64,000 nt of DNA, from assembly GCA_037379345.1 (NCBI GenBank), contig CM074511.1:1550001-1614000 (forward strand), read 5' to 3'. Shown here piece after piece: positions 1 through 14,135 of the stretch. Position numbers and translations under genes: made by a program. The notes under the pieces were generated by a model. The model was not told the origin of the DNA. It saw only the letters and a list, made by a program, of their open reading frames with translations, and did no database searches. The DNA comes from Perna viridis (taxonomy: Eukaryota). Each line of letters begins with the position of its first letter. The first letter of the stretch is position 1.

Positions 1-230
1 ATCCTAAAGAATTATATCAAATAGCCAAGGTCACAATTCATGTACATGTATGACAATAAACCTTCTAACCTCTAAATAACATGACAAATACATGCATATC
101 ATTTCCCTTAAAAACTGTGAAAACTGTAGTTTGGGTTTTTGAACACCAGATCCATGGTTTAGATAATTGTATGAACTGTCCTAGAAAATAATTAGTAATG
201 TTTGCATTGTTCATCAACTCAGTAACCTAC

Positions 231-359
231 CTTTTTATTGGTCATTATAATCAAATGTTTCTCATCCATATCAAACACCATATCTTCATGTATCCTTGCC
301 CCAGGTTCTACAACCAAGTCTTCATACATATGGGCAAGTGTCTGTGACTCTATAGCTAC
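231..359 (-). CDS. Plexin-A-like gene, coding exon 3 (end of Sema); missed by the ORF track
   Basis: ttttag|VAIESQTLAHMYEDLVVEPGARIHEDMVFDMDEKHLIIMTNKK|gtaggt; 43 codons; phase 0/0; equivalent to exon 3 of the plus-strand paralog. Confidence 0.88.
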
Positions 360-529
360 CTAAAATAAAAAACAAAATATATATAAGCTTTAGGTGTTAC
401 GACTAAGTACTGGTTTATTTCAGTATAAGCTTCCATTCAAAATAAAAATATTTCCAAGACATTACAAAAACACTGACTACATAAATCAGAATATGTTAGG
501 GGTATTTAATGAAGAACAAAACACAAAGT

Positions 530-628
530 TACCTATCAAGGTATTACTTATCAATGTTCAGTTCTGTTACAATGTACCTATCAAGGTATTACTTATCAAT
601 GTTCAGTTCTGTTACAATGTACCTATCA
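530..628. repeat. 45-bp tandem duplication
   Basis: tacctatcaaggtattacttatcaatgttcagttctgttacaatg, about 2.2 copies; explains the repeated peptide in ORF 394-702. Confidence 0.9.
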
Positions 629-1540
629 TGAAATCTTCATGCCATAAAGATAACAGCATAAAGTTTGTGATTTTTATGGTTCCTCATTCATCATATTTCT
701 GAATTCATATTGTTTTATACATGATAATGAATACCTGTGAAATGCATCACACATGTCAGTGTCAAACTTATACACATGTATATGTACATTTTAGACTCCA
801 ATACAGTTACATGTACATGTAGCATCTTCAGTTCATCAAACGAGAAGATTTTGGCATAGCACTAAGCTAATATGCTACAAGTTCATGTGGAACTGAGTTT
901 CATTGTAACATACCATGTAGAATATACTCAGCACTTGCATGAATACCCAGTTATATCAGAACTAGTTAAAGGGTATACATATGACATGTGGATGAATAAG
1001 GAATGTTTTAGTGACATCCTGTTCAAGTTAAAAAAAAATAATTGAGATTTGGAAATGGTCTTTTTGAAAAACTGAACTTTCCACTGCATTGATAGCACTG
1101 ATATTAGAGATAGAGAAACTCTAATTGAAACCAGGTTTGTTGTTATGTTTACTGACCAGACACATGTATCTGTTAAAGCCCTGACATCTACATGTACAGC
1201 AATGATAACAGAGAACATCAATAAGTTGCTAAACTTCTGATTCTATCTCAACAATCTAAATGTACTCCCAGCAGTTGTCTTACTATTCTCTTGCTTATTT
1301 TTATCTTGAAATAACAATCAAAGAATATATGGGCCAAAAATACCTAAAAATAATACCACATAGCATGAAGACGGCCAAAAAAAATATTCCATAGGCATGC
1401 AATAAAGTTAAATATAAATTATTTAAACTCTGCGCAAATGCCATCCCCCCCCCAAAAAACCACTCCCAAATACAGAAACCATATGGTCAAAAAATTAACA
1501 GTCAGTTGGCAAAGCTTCTGTCAGCAATGGAATTTCATAT

Positions 1541-1944
1541 CAGTGATTTTGTTCTTGATTTTAAATGCAGCCCCAACCCTTTATTTTTGGGAAATTTTTG
1601 CCGTATTTTTAATACATTGGGAAAATATGGTATGAGGGACAGAAACATGTCACATGCCGATCCGGAACTGAAAACTGACACCGAACTGACAAATATGTAC
1701 TCCTAATATTCATTAGGTTACAACTTAAAGAAAAAACATTCCCAAGAAGTGAACAAAGTACCAGGCCCAGAAATTACGTCTTAATAAATTTTTCACTGGC
1801 TTCTTTATTTGGTTTTCAAAAAATTATGCCGGACAATAGGGAGTTTTCCTCCCTTTGGGAAAAATATTTTTTCAACATATTGGGAAAAGTCCCCAGGGAA
1901 AATAGCCGATATTCGGTTGCAATAAAAGGGTAACAAAATCACTG
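1541..1944. mobile_element. MITE (~404 bp) inserted in a minisatellite
   Basis: TIR cagtgattttgtt (1541) / aacaaaatcactg (to 1944), extending imperfectly. It splits a copy of the adjacent minisatellite unit. Confidence 0.7.
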
Positions 1945-2145
1945 CACATGGCATGCATTTTGTCAGAAATGGATTTCAATGATATGGCATGTCTATATAA
2001 AGCTTCTGTCAGAATTGGAATTCCATGATATGGCATGCCTATATAAAGCTTCTGTCAGAAATGGATTTTCATATGGCATGTCTATGTAAAGATACTGTCT
2101 GAAGTGGAATTCCATGATATGGCATGCCTATATAAAGTTTCTGTC
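1945..2145. repeat. ~43-46 bp minisatellite
   Basis: tatggcatgcctatataaagcttctgtcagaattggaattccatga, about 4.5 copies, with a further partial copy at 1508-1540. Confidence 0.85.
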
Positions 2146-3360
2146 TTCTAAATGACCAGACCATTTAGTTGATAGATACCTGACTTATTGTAATAAAGAT
2201 CTTCACTGATGTTACTTTTTATATCAATATCTGGATGTGAAGTGACAAAAGTGAGTGACACTTTAATAGATAAAATCAAAAAGTAAGAAGACATTAAGCC
2301 AAGAAGAGATTACACTAGGAAAACAAAACAGGTTTACAACAATCAAGGTTGTGTAACTGTCAGTAATTATATGTAAACTATCAAAAAATCTGAGTGATTC
2401 CTAAAAATTCAGAGAATATCAAAGAAAATATCATAATTTGCAGAGGCATTGTGCCAAAACTTGATTTGAATCAACATTGAGGAAACAGGAACTGAAGTGC
2501 AACCATGATAAAGATGTAAGTCATGTTGACACTGTACATAATGAACATGTACAATATTCTTGGTGTAAATGTATGACAGTATCTCAAAATTAATTTAAAT
2601 ATGTGGAAACAACAACATATATTAAGTTTTATATTTCTGTAACATAGTCATTTCCTTGTGTGGTTCACTGTCATAACAAACCAATCAAAACAATTGAACT
2701 CTGCATCGTAATATCTTACTATTATTTGACATTCATTAGTTTCATCTCCTAAGACAAAACCATGGAATCTGCCAAGAATTTTCTACTTATCTTAAAACCC
2801 CAGACATTAATGTTATTGACAATAATTAATACAAAGAATTTCAATTATATATTCGTCTTATTAATATGAAGATGTCTCACATAGCACGAATTCTTCTACA
2901 ATAATATCTTCTAAGGTGAAAGGTCATAACATTGTGTACGAGCATACAGTATATGACTTTTCATTTTAAAGTACTATTAATAAATGGGAATCCCAAAGCC
3001 TCTACACATATAGTCTTTAATATGTGGATGTACATGAATGAAAATGACAGTTTTACCATCTGTATGTACTTGTATGAAGAAGATCTTATTACCACTTAAA
3101 TCCCCAATTTGATGAGGCTTCCAGGAAAGGAAGGTCTAGGCCTTTTAAAAGTTTTTAATCGATGGTCCACTTGAGTAAACTCAAAAGTCCTCAATAAAGA
3201 GTCTATGAAAATAGTTGAAGGTCTTGGACCTGAGTAAATGAATTAAAAAGGACCTTTGTCAGAAATTGAGGGTCTTAGACCTCAGACCACTCCTAATCTG
3301 AACCCCTAAATTGAGGGAAGAAAACATAAGATACATGTACATATATATATACTGAATATT

Positions 3361-3466
3361 ACATCTCAAATCTGTATCATGCCATATCAACCAGTGATTC
3401 ATATATCAACCCAAGGGCAACCATCCGGCTGGGTTGATACATCATGTAATACAGATTTTGACATGT
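3361..3466. repeat. Imperfect palindrome (probable remnant of a non-autonomous element)
   Basis: Nested inverted repeats aaatctgtat/atacagattt and tatcaaccca/tgggttgata. Confidence 0.6.
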
Positions 3467-6203
3467 CGTGTTCATTATATCATATATTTTAACTTAACTT
3501 CAGTATGGTCTGAGTAGAGGTGTGATATAGGGTATGTGATATAGGTCTAGAGGTTGAAATCATATTCATCTAAATATATAATATAATTATATATAAACTA
3601 TCATAACTACAGTATTATTAGACACTACAAATGGATATTTTTACATTTATCAATAGAACTATACAAAACTGAACAGAAAAAGTTGGTGTCAATGGCAAGG
3701 TTATTATCAGTAAACTCAAATAATAGTAAAATGCACATAGAATGTCATTGGTAACATTTGGTATAGTTCAGGTAATCTGCAAGCTGTTTGTACTAATAGA
3801 ATTATACAACTATTTAAAGTTTACTTTCCAATAGTATTTACTCCATCACAGATCAGTTCACAATTAGTGTGATCAAATCATCAGGTAGTACCTTAGGGTC
3901 TTACATTTCAATTATCCATAATTGCTCCCACAGTCTAATTGCATTTTACACAACATTTTAACATAATATGGATTTCTTTATGTTTTCCTTACTGCTTTTC
4001 TGTTAAAACTGTTCCACGAAGTTACACACACACATGTACAAATGTACCTGTATTAGGGATACAATTAATCAGCTTAATCTACGATGAATGACTATGTGTA
4101 GGAAACCTGGAACTTCTGATTCATTTTCTCTCCAAAATTCTTTTATTGACTGTCTAATCACACAACATCTACATGTGAACAGCATGTCATACAAATGTAG
4201 TTCCAGTTTCCTACTGACACATAGAACTACAAATTAATACAGTAAAACCAGTCTAAATTGAACCCTGAATGAAAGTGAAGTTTCTTTGGTCATTTTCAGG
4301 ATTTTGAACCTGGTTACACATAACATCTGTTAAAATTTAGCAAAACCTTCTGCTTGGATGAGGCACTTCCTTGTACATACAAGTTAGAGCACTTAATGCC
4401 ATGCAATCACCATTACAGACTTCTTGGGTAATTAATTAGTCTATCTATCTTTACATGTCAATTCCCTTAGATTGTTTTCATCAAATAACACCATCTCAAA
4501 AAAATACTAAGACACATGTACACAAGCAGATTTCTGAAGGTTGATTAATAATTACTGAGTATAAATACTCAAGGCTAAAAGATAAACATCTGTTTATATA
4601 AAATTGTACAGTTAACCAAACATCAAACCCCTTAACACTGATGACTGACCCATTCACCCGTCACTCACATTATAAACATACAATAAATATTACAGTTGTG
4701 CTAGAATTCAATGAAGCTTTAACCATTTGCAAGCAATTTTATCATAATTTTAACCCATTAAAAAAAATGAAAAAAATTACATGTACAAGACAACTACCGG
4801 TATGAGTATTGTTCTTAACCTTAATTTTAAATAATAATGAAATTTCTGGCCCACTGACAACCTAGTTTTTCTTTATATTAAAACCATTATCCCTTATAAA
4901 ATGGAGACAACTGTTTATGAAACACAATAAAATCTGGAAAACATTTCACTGTTTTTATTTAATTCATAAATGTATTTAATTAAAAAATGTACTATCTGAG
5001 TTTCTTCCTAACATAAACTTTTTTGCATTTGCAATTTTTTCACATCGAATCAAATTACAAACAATTCTAAATCTTGCCATTTAAAATATTTGTCCATTCA
5101 GGTGTGCACAGGTACTCTATGTTAGGCCATGTTTGTTTCCACTGAAAAAGTATATTAGAGCTCCCAGGTCAGTGTCTGATGACAATGAAAATACCCACTC
5201 TGTGTGACCTGTTAGCTGTGTAGGCCACTTCAGGTCTGTGAACTATTGTTCTGATAAATCGTGTTGTGTCACCACCGTCATTGCCTATTTACGCTGGTTC
5301 TATTCATATTTGTTATGTACTTAATGTGCATGTTTTAATTTGCATTGTTTAAACAAAATAAATTGCAAAATGATGTCAATCTAATACACCATGTTGACAA
5401 GATTTTTGATGGCCTATAATGGAGTGCTGACTTTACAAGATTTCTAGATTTTGGTGGAATATGCAGACAGAGCTTTTATGATATTAAAATGTTATAGTTC
5501 AGACAAGTGTTGCATCACTTCACATCTGTCAAATGAAAATAAAGTAGGCATTTATATATGTTAACAGACAAAGAAATGTCATTTTTAGATTGTACTTTTA
5601 AAAGATTTAATTTATTTTTTTCTCTATTTCTGTTACATTGGAATTCATTAATACTAGCTTGTTGGCATTAAGATTTAGTGTTTACTGATTTATATTGTAA
5701 CTATCACATGATGCCCAATTTAAAGATTTTTTCCCCATATTCAATAATTAAACATGTCTCCCTATAACACTACATATTAACCTTGTGTATACACCACGGT
5801 TTGCATTCATTAGAAAATCTGCCAATATAAATATGCATGTTTACATCTTACTAATCCTAATGCACCCATGTTTACCACTCAAATCCATCTACTACACATA
5901 AATTTGCATTTCAAAACCTTTCAGAGTAAGGAATGAAAATATTTTTGGGTTTTCTGATTGCTTTTCAGACATTTAAATTATTTCAAATTTTCTATTAGTT
6001 TAAAGAGACAGCCCTCAGTGATCAAAATAAAAATTTAAAAGAAAATAATTTGATGTGAAAATTTTATGTGGTAGAATTAAACTAAAAACAGACCTATAAA
6101 AGTAATTTCATCATCTATTTTCAAAGAAAACAACTCTAACTTTGTAATCTACACAACCATATAAGTACTTTAACTTACTACCATGAAGCTGGGTACACAT
6201 ATA

Positions 6204-8205
6204 CAGTACAGCTCGCAGCATAGTCTGATAAATACCTGATATAACTCCAATACCTGGTATACCAGGTATGAATCATTTGAAATTGATTATGTTATTTGTA
6301 ATATACAAATGTACAACTCACTAATTGATAAATAAATTCTTGTGTATCATATAGTAGAAAATGCAATTTACCTGTAAGGTAAAACTGACTTTTAATTAGT
6401 GCTTGAAAACTCATAAATGTGTATATAAAAATGAACAGATTTTGTTGTTGATATGAAATGAGCAATTAGACAGATGAATATATGAAATACATGTACATGT
6501 ATTTTCTATTTCTACTTTAAAAGAACTTTTTAAATAAAAAAAATATTTTGGTGTTTCTGGTGTTCTATCCTAACATGCCAACAGAGGATAAAATGTATTA
6601 ATTTTTAAAATAAAAATCAGACTACAATTTAATTTTAAAAGGGAATTTCAGTTGAGTTATATTGCGCCCAAAAAATTAAAAATAAATATTGCTTTTTTTC
6701 ATCAGGATTACATGTAGGTGTTCCAGTAAAAATCATTTGTAGGGAAAAAGTCACAGAAAATATTACTTTTTATAGATGTACAATGTATTTGGAGCTTTTA
6801 TGGAAAATATCAAGTGTAAAAGATGAAAATTGTATTTTATCATCTATTTCATACCATTTAATTCTGAAATTAAATAATTTTATGTTATATTTGCATACAT
6901 GACAGAAAATTTGAAAATTTCATTTTTATCCAATATAAAATAAATACAAAGAATGACATATGATAACAAAACAGTTTTTTTCATTGGCAAGGAAGTTATT
7001 TATTTTATTTCACTTATTACATTCATAGAAAAGGGGGGAGGCCACATCTACCAGAAGATGACAATATTCAGAATCCGACCTGCATAGGAATTTGACTGAT
7101 TTACATCTAATAAATGGTCATTACACATTACAATGAAAATAATTGAGAAAATATGTCTAAAATTGACATGTGCATTAAACCATACCTACTAGATGTAGGA
7201 TGTTCTTGAGGATTATATATGATTTCAAGCATTGTAACACATCAGTATTTTTCCTGTCACTTTTTTTTCAGTTAACCTAAAAATCAGATGTCCATGGAAA
7301 TATTAAGAGCACATAAAGAGTTATTACATGTGATCAGTAGTATAAGTTGACTTCACATAATTTGTGTTATATTGCAAATCATTGTCACTCTGTACTATTT
7401 TATATTTTTTGATAAAAAAGATAGATGCAAAAAAAACCTATTATAGAAAACTTTAAAAAAATATAAATAATAAATGATAAATTAATAGTTTGTCATAGTG
7501 TCACAGATTTATAACAAATAAACAAAACCAAATCTACTTTCTAAAACACATATCATTTCAAAGAGAAAGTTTGATTTTATTTAAAATCAAATCATAATTA
7601 CATGTAGCAACTCAAAGTTTTGTTGAGAAGTTTTATCATAAACGGTATATTCAGTGTTAAATGTACCTCTAAAAAATGTTGGTAGCTTTTAATTTGGGAA
7701 TCTTTTTGTGCAGTTATACATGAAGATTTCCTTATATCAAATCATAAAGCAGAAAAATGTGTGTTCATACAACTGAAAAAAAAACAAAATATAGTTTCCT
7801 AATTATGATTTTTAAAATAAATAAACTGCAAACTAGTTTTTCAAAATGAAAAATAATAAATATAAAAATTGTCACATACATTTAATAATACAATTCTGTT
7901 TATCAAAAGACAAACAAATTCCTACACATATATGTATAATGTTCAATTAAAACACTGGTAAATACACTAATTTATCTACAAATTTCCTGAGAACTAAATA
8001 GTTTTGAAATTTCAGTTTAAATATACTTAAAATTTCAAACCTTAAATTAAAAAAAAAACCAACTTATTTTTAATTTATTCTACTTATACACTAATTCTAA
8101 AATGCTGAGATGAGCCACCTGTGTGTGATAATTAACTGTACAGGCATTGGATGCCAGGTATGAGGTATGCCAGGTATTTATCAGACTATGCTGCGAGCTG
8201 TACTG
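6204..8205. mobile_element. Non-autonomous Tc1/mariner-type DNA transposon (~2.0 kb)
   Basis: Perfect 35-bp TIRs cagtacagctcgcagcatagtctgataaatacctg (6204-6238; 8171-8205), with TA on both sides. Interior is AT-rich and has no ORF. Confidence 0.88.
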
Positions 8206-8269
8206 TATAACAAACCATCTTCTAACACTTTACACATATAGCATTTTAGCATCTTCACATCTATTGATG

Positions 8270-8587
8270 AACTTACACTAGTAACAGTGGACATGTACTG
8301 ATTGTTTAACCAATGAATACTAACTTACACTAGTAACAGGGCACATGTATTGATTGTTTAACCAATGGATATTAACTTAAACTAGTAACAGTGCACATGT
8401 ACTGATTGTTTAGCCAATGAATATTAATTTATACTAGTAACAGTGCACATGTACTGATTGTTTAACCAATGAATATTAACTTAAACTAGTAAAAGTGCAC
8501 ATGTTCTGATTGTTTAACCAATGAATATCAATTTACACTAGTAACAGTGCACATGTACTGATTGTTTAACCAATGAACATGAACTTC
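8270..8587. repeat. 52-bp minisatellite
   Basis: aacttacactagtaacagtgcacatgtactgattgtttaaccaatgaatatt, about 6 copies. Confidence 0.92.
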
Positions 8588-8651
8588 ACCTTTAAATACA
8601 AAATATAGGTCCAATTTGTTCGTTCGTCAGACCAATTAGCATGAACTTTAC

Positions 8652-8840
8652 CTTTAAAATATGTCCATTCTGAGTACCAATGAATGCAATGGTATAGTCA
8701 TGTGTCACCGTCACAGTGATGGATGACACAGTTGTCTTCAAACCTAATGCTGCAGTAGCTTTTATTGGTTCAAATCCATCGATTGGCTGATTGACTTCCC
8801 ATTTACCACAGTAATCCAGAGTTATTTCTTTTACCATAGC
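8652..8840 (-). CDS. Plexin-A-like gene, coding exon 2 (Sema)
   Basis: ttgcag|AMVKEITLDYCGKWEVNQPIDG...YTIAFIGTQNGHILK|gtaaag; 63 codons; phase 0/0; typical plexin 'AFIGT.NG.ILK' motif. Confidence 0.92.
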
Positions 8841-9239
8841 CTGCAATCAACAAAAACCTTTTGCAACTATTCACAACTACATACTTTATATTTAACAGAT
8901 GCTACAACACACAAAATTATTTAAGAAATAATCACAACCTTATACAACCCATTTTTAAAGGTCATACACATGTATAAAACCTGGACATACTTTGCATACA
9001 CATGCAAGATAAAATTTACATGTGCAAGATAAAAGTACCAGTATTTTTTTGTATTTTCAGCTGCATTGTTTGATTAAAGACTATACAGTTATATTGACTT
9101 ATAATAGCTTTACTTATTATTAAAAATTTCAGCTCAACTGTCCAATTAGACAAATAAAAATTATGTAAGATGAATGTATACATGTACATCCAGAAATGAC
9201 AATATACATGTACATCCAAAGGACTGGTATAATACTTAC

Positions 9240-10358
9240 TTCAGCACCTTTAGTGCAAGGTTCTCTAGTTACAATATGATCAGGTCCAGTGTTACCAATA
9301 CCTTCAAAACAATTCTTTATATTCTTTGTAAACATTTCACTGATTTTTTTCAATGGATAAAAACACACAGCAGTATCATTCAAAGCCTCGGTACTTCCTG
9401 CCTTACCAATAGAAAATGTAGCAAATAAAACATCATTCTTTGTTGTTATAAATAAAGCTTCAGCCAAAAGTTTTCCTGGTTTAGCCACTCGTGCTGCCTG
9501 TAGTAAATTATACTTAGCTCCATTAAATTCACAAACGAGTTCAACTTCAGTATAAGAGTAAAATTTTTTATCATCTTGGCACACTCGTATTAATTTTGTT
9601 ATGTATTTCTCTGACTGAGTACTAGCTCTCTGAACTGTAGCCATGTAGCTAAATTTTCCAGATGAGAAACCATAAATATAATTCACATAAAACGACCATC
9701 GTTGCATTGCATCTATAACTTTTGAAGTACTGTGAAAAATATCCTTTTTTGAAATCATAAAAGTATTTAATTTACGACTAGAAAATGCAGGGATATCTTC
9801 TCTGACTAATCGAATTCCAGTAGTAGTGTAAGTGGTTCCAACATACATGACATTAGGAGGCGGTATTTCATTTTCAAATGAAGGACCGGGAGCAATAAAG
9901 GCCACTGTAGTTGCTGTCGCATTATTAGCCACAACATACTGATACTTAGAGTCATCATCATCAAACTTTGTTATATCAGATAATAAGTATTTTGTACAAG
10001 AACCTTGAAATAAACTTGAACAAGCTATAAGCCTTTTTCCTACATAGTCAATCATAAGAGCTTTGCTGTAACTTTTCATTGGCTTTTTGGAGTCACAGAA
10101 ACTTAACTCAATGGGTAAACAATCTTGACTATCATCTTTTGGACCTGTGGCTATTGCCTGGTCGACAGTAAAATTTTCAGATAATTTTATAATCTTATTT
10201 ACTCCTGCAACAAATATATATCCTGTAGTTTCATCTTTCACCATATGTCTGAATCCATCCTCAGGTTTTGGGTTAGAGTAAGTGAGCTTTATAAAGTGAG
10301 ATTCCATCAACACCACCCCAAACAGATGTAGTATTACCAGTTCTATAACACAATTCAT
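9240..10358 (-). CDS. Plexin-A-like gene, coding exon 1 (signal peptide plus most of the Sema domain)
   Basis: ORF carries plexin Sema motifs (VVANNATATTVAFIAPGP, MYVGTTYT, VNYIYGFSSGKFSY, YITKLIRVCQDDKKFYSYTEVELVC, YNLLQAA..KPG..LA..L...NDVLFATFS) resembling invertebrate Plexin A. Acceptor ttttcag lies 15 nt before the ATG (exon starts 10373). Phase-0 donor GAA|GTAAGT at 9240/9239. 373 codons. Confidence 0.93.
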
Positions 10359-12848
10359 CTTGTTCTTTCAAGTCTGAAAAGATAAATATAATATGTCAAC
10401 AATAATTAGAAGAGTTTTTTAAATAGTATGACATCTAAGAGAATATTTTTCTCATCAATGACTAGGGTTTATTTAAATCCTTCAAAGGTTGTTTTCTGTC
10501 TGTGTTCTGGCTACAGCACCATAGAGCTTGAGATTGTCTATTTTTTATTCATCAGTATATGCAAGTGTAAGTTACGAAAGCTCCTGATGTCATCAAACTT
10601 ATGCTCAGTACTTCAATTCCTATGGTAACATTTCGAAAAATCTTAATACATTAATAACTACATGTAGTATTTTTAATGGCTACAAATATTGTACACAAGG
10701 TTACTCAATAGAAAACCTTCAGTAATGCATGCCACAGTATACATGTATTTGATAAAATCTTTAACTACAAGTAAATGTATAAACGCACAAATTCATGTTT
10801 TAAAAATGTGCAGTTACAAAAAATGTACACTGTAATGCATACACTTACAATGATGTATGTTTGAAATGTTATTCAATATGAAGTTTTGCTTTTTTTGCAA
10901 ATATAATAACCTACAAATGTATACATATCATTTGGCATAAACTATAACATTTATGTGTACTACAAAAAAATTGCTAAATATCATGCACAATTGACATAAT
11001 GAAAATGAAAGGAATTACAAGTAATAAACTTAATTTTATACATGTACATTAATGTACTAAATAATGTAAACATGTACATGTACATACATTTCTACAAATA
11101 CCTTTACATGTAGGTTTATTCCTTACCATCTGACAACTTTCAAATTCACTTACAAGTAGTTCTATGGTGTGTGAAATATACTAACTCCCCTACCTTTATA
11201 CATGTACGTCCTATAATTCATATATTTACATTGAGGATTTCACAAGGCTATCAATATAACATCAATAACTAAATCAGTATAGCCAGGAAAGTAAATCCCA
11301 AAAGTATGCAAACATAATCTTCTAAATATAATCCAGCAACTTTCTTCAGGTTGTTATTGAGTATATAAATTACAGGTATATTGTGATATAACTTGTTATT
11401 ACACCTGTAAATCACAGGTATATATACAATCAGGTGAAAGTATCACCTGTGTCACCTACTTAAAGTAAATGATGACCACTATCATATTTTGACAGAACTG
11501 TTTGAAGAACACATGATTTATTAGAGTTGACATTTTTCTTACTATTATATTGCCACAAAAATACTAGCCAATCAAACAATGAAATGCTCTTACAAAAGAA
11601 GTATTTATAGATCACCATCCCTGATAATGAAGATTTTTCAAAAGAATAGAGATGTTTGGCAAAATATTATTAGTTTGAATAAGAAATGGTTGAGAATTAT
11701 TCATTACCACTAGATGGACAACACACTACATGTAATTTATCTTAACTTTTGTACATACATGTAGATGTATAACAGGTAGATTTATAAACATCTACTTAAA
11801 AACAGCTTTTACATTAATAACTGGCAAGATTTAGTTTATAAAAAGGTTAATAAATTCTGAAAGTCAACTGACACCTACACTTTTGTCATTTCTTGACTGA
11901 TAACACAATAATAATATCTAATTACCAACTAACATTATATCACAGGTTCATTAATCTATCTTGGGAATATACAATGTACACTGAACCCAGATGGTATATA
12001 TTGTCTGTGAATTGTTCAAATTTTTCTTTTAATTTTTTTCATGGATGGTACACCATGTACATGTAGACAAACTGTCATTTTTTAGTCTTTTAAGTCTGTA
12101 CTTGAAAACAACACCAAACGAAAAAATACAATGCCATTTTTAAATACTGTTTTTGAGACAGAAATGACTTCTGAGAATTGAATCACACTCCATAAACAAT
12201 GTGATTCCCAATACATACACATATACTTGTAAGCTGTACAGTATTATCTATTTAAATTAAAAGTACTCACTAGTATATGCATACTTAAAATTTGCCTAAA
12301 CTTAAATGGAGTTCAAATTCATATCTGCTTGAAAACATTTACAAAACAAAAATTGCTTGCAACTAAAATGTTTGACAAGGGTTTAGGTTAAAAAAAAACT
12401 TTGCATAGTTGATAGAATGGACATAATCAGAGAGGTTAAGTTTGTTCGATGACAGCTTGCTTTACAACAGTAACAATAGAAATTTGATATAACAGTGGGA
12501 TTACAAAATTTATGGGCAGTAAAGTGTGTCATCATTTTCTAAAATATCTCCTCATTTTGTTATAAAATAAATCCCGGAAAACGCCCTACCTGACATTAAA
12601 AGATAAACTCCTACACATTAAGAATAAATCCAAAATTTATAACTGAATTATTCATTCATGAGCACATTCTTAAGTATGGTAATAAATAACTTTAATCCAC
12701 TTTAAACTACCGGATGCCCTCTCCACCAATTTTTTTTGTCAATGAACTTCTTCTGCACAACTTTGTCAAGTTTATTTTTCATATTGTAACAACTTGAAAA
12801 ACAAATATATCGGGTGATATGTAATTAATCATTCCATGGAAAACTTAC

Positions 12849-13050
12849 CATTACTAAATATGTACTAAATCCACTGAAAAATAACACAAAATTAACTTTA
12901 AATGCGGCTACTATGTTTTCGTGTTATCACTCTTGTACTTTTTCAACACATGCGCCGTTGAACCGGAAGTAGCATGGTGCTCTATCGAGGTCAGTGAGCT
13001 CTTTGTTCGCATTGTTTGTTGTTTTGTGAAGATCACAGGTATATGGCGGT
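12849..13050. promoter_or_regulatory. Candidate (possibly bidirectional) promoter and first non-coding exons
   Basis: Local CpG retention in a CpG-poor window. Consensus ETS site ACCGGAAGT at 12962-12970. Minus-strand donor TG|GTAAGT at 12849/12848 and plus-strand donor CAG|GTATAT at 13038/13039 point outward. YY1-like ATGGCGG at 13043-13049. Confidence 0.5.
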
Positions 13051-13617
13051 TAAATTTAAATCATTTAATCTGTTAAGCAAGAATCAGTTAAAAAGTGACA
13101 AATATATTTAGTATTACGGTCAAGAAGTCGGTGACAATGTTTAAAGAATTAGTTCGATCTGTTGAAACTTATGAAAGGTTAACAGTTCACACACGGGCTT
13201 GCCCCCGGTCCCACTATCAAATATGTTGCCCCACTAGTATATCGCAAGGGGGATCCCATATTTGGGGGTACCTCGCTTCAACTCATTTTGTTTAAGATAA
13301 AATCGAATATATCACTATTTACTACTCGGCAATCACTTGTCAAATGATGAATCTAATGAATAAACACAAGTATCACAATCAAAAATGAGAGTTCTTCGTG
13401 ATGTCATCACTTATCTTTGATTTGGTTTTGATTGGCAAAAAATACATTGAGTGGCATGGGACATCCACTTTAAATCATCATAACTTATTTATTTTTAAAG
13501 AAAATTAAAAAAATTCTTTTGGTTCCCAACATTGCAAATAAATATCTTCTTATCCATGGAGTTTTTAAATAAATATTCAGTAATTAGACTACATGTACGT
13601 AAGATTTTAATTGTACC

Positions 13618-14135
13618 CAGTGCAGGTCCGGGTGTTAAAAGAATAGGCCTGCAGCAGCGCTAAGCTTGTCGTTAAAGGCAACTAAATAGTGCTGAGAAAC
13701 CTAGCTGGGGCTGAGGCGCTCTGCCCACAAAGCAACTGGGATGTGTGCCCCAGGTGGTGGAATGGGGTACCCCAGGCATGTTACATGCTGGGGTTGTCAG
13801 GCTATAATACGGAAAACCTGACCACAAACCATTGTGGTGCACTGTGTTGGGAAAGATGCCACGTTCCTTGCACGTTTAAGAATTCTTCTGTGGTAATTGA
13901 TAGGAATAGGAACCTTTGCACTCTGCCACAGGAGGCTGAATTGCCCAACCCTGCCCATCCCTCCCTTTTTTCTTGTGGCAATCAAAATTTGTAGACCTTA
14001 TTATCCTTGTGCCCCATCCTTTTTTTTTCATTTTGATCATTTCATGTTCATTTTGTCATCCATTTCATGTTCATCGTCTGAATATAGCTGAAATATTGCT
14101 GCTCGGACGTTAAACCCCAACAATCAATCAATCAA
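13618..14135 (+). mobile_element. SINE-like retroposon with (CAAT)n tail
   Basis: GC-richer body ending gaatatagctgaaatattgctgctcggacgttaaaccccaacaatcaatcaatc. The same 3' tail recurs, locally duplicated, at ~51987-52090. Confidence 0.6.

Noticed and set aside
2180-2260. Possible extra minus-strand exon (VSLTFVTSHPDIDIKSNISEDLYYNKS)
   Set aside because: Exons 2 and 3 already join in frame and match the paralog; weak acceptor and no plexin similarity.
1-12100. High frequency of TACATGTA/ACATGT palindromes
   Set aside because: Looks like a genome-wide compositional bias seen throughout the window, not a locus-specific signal.
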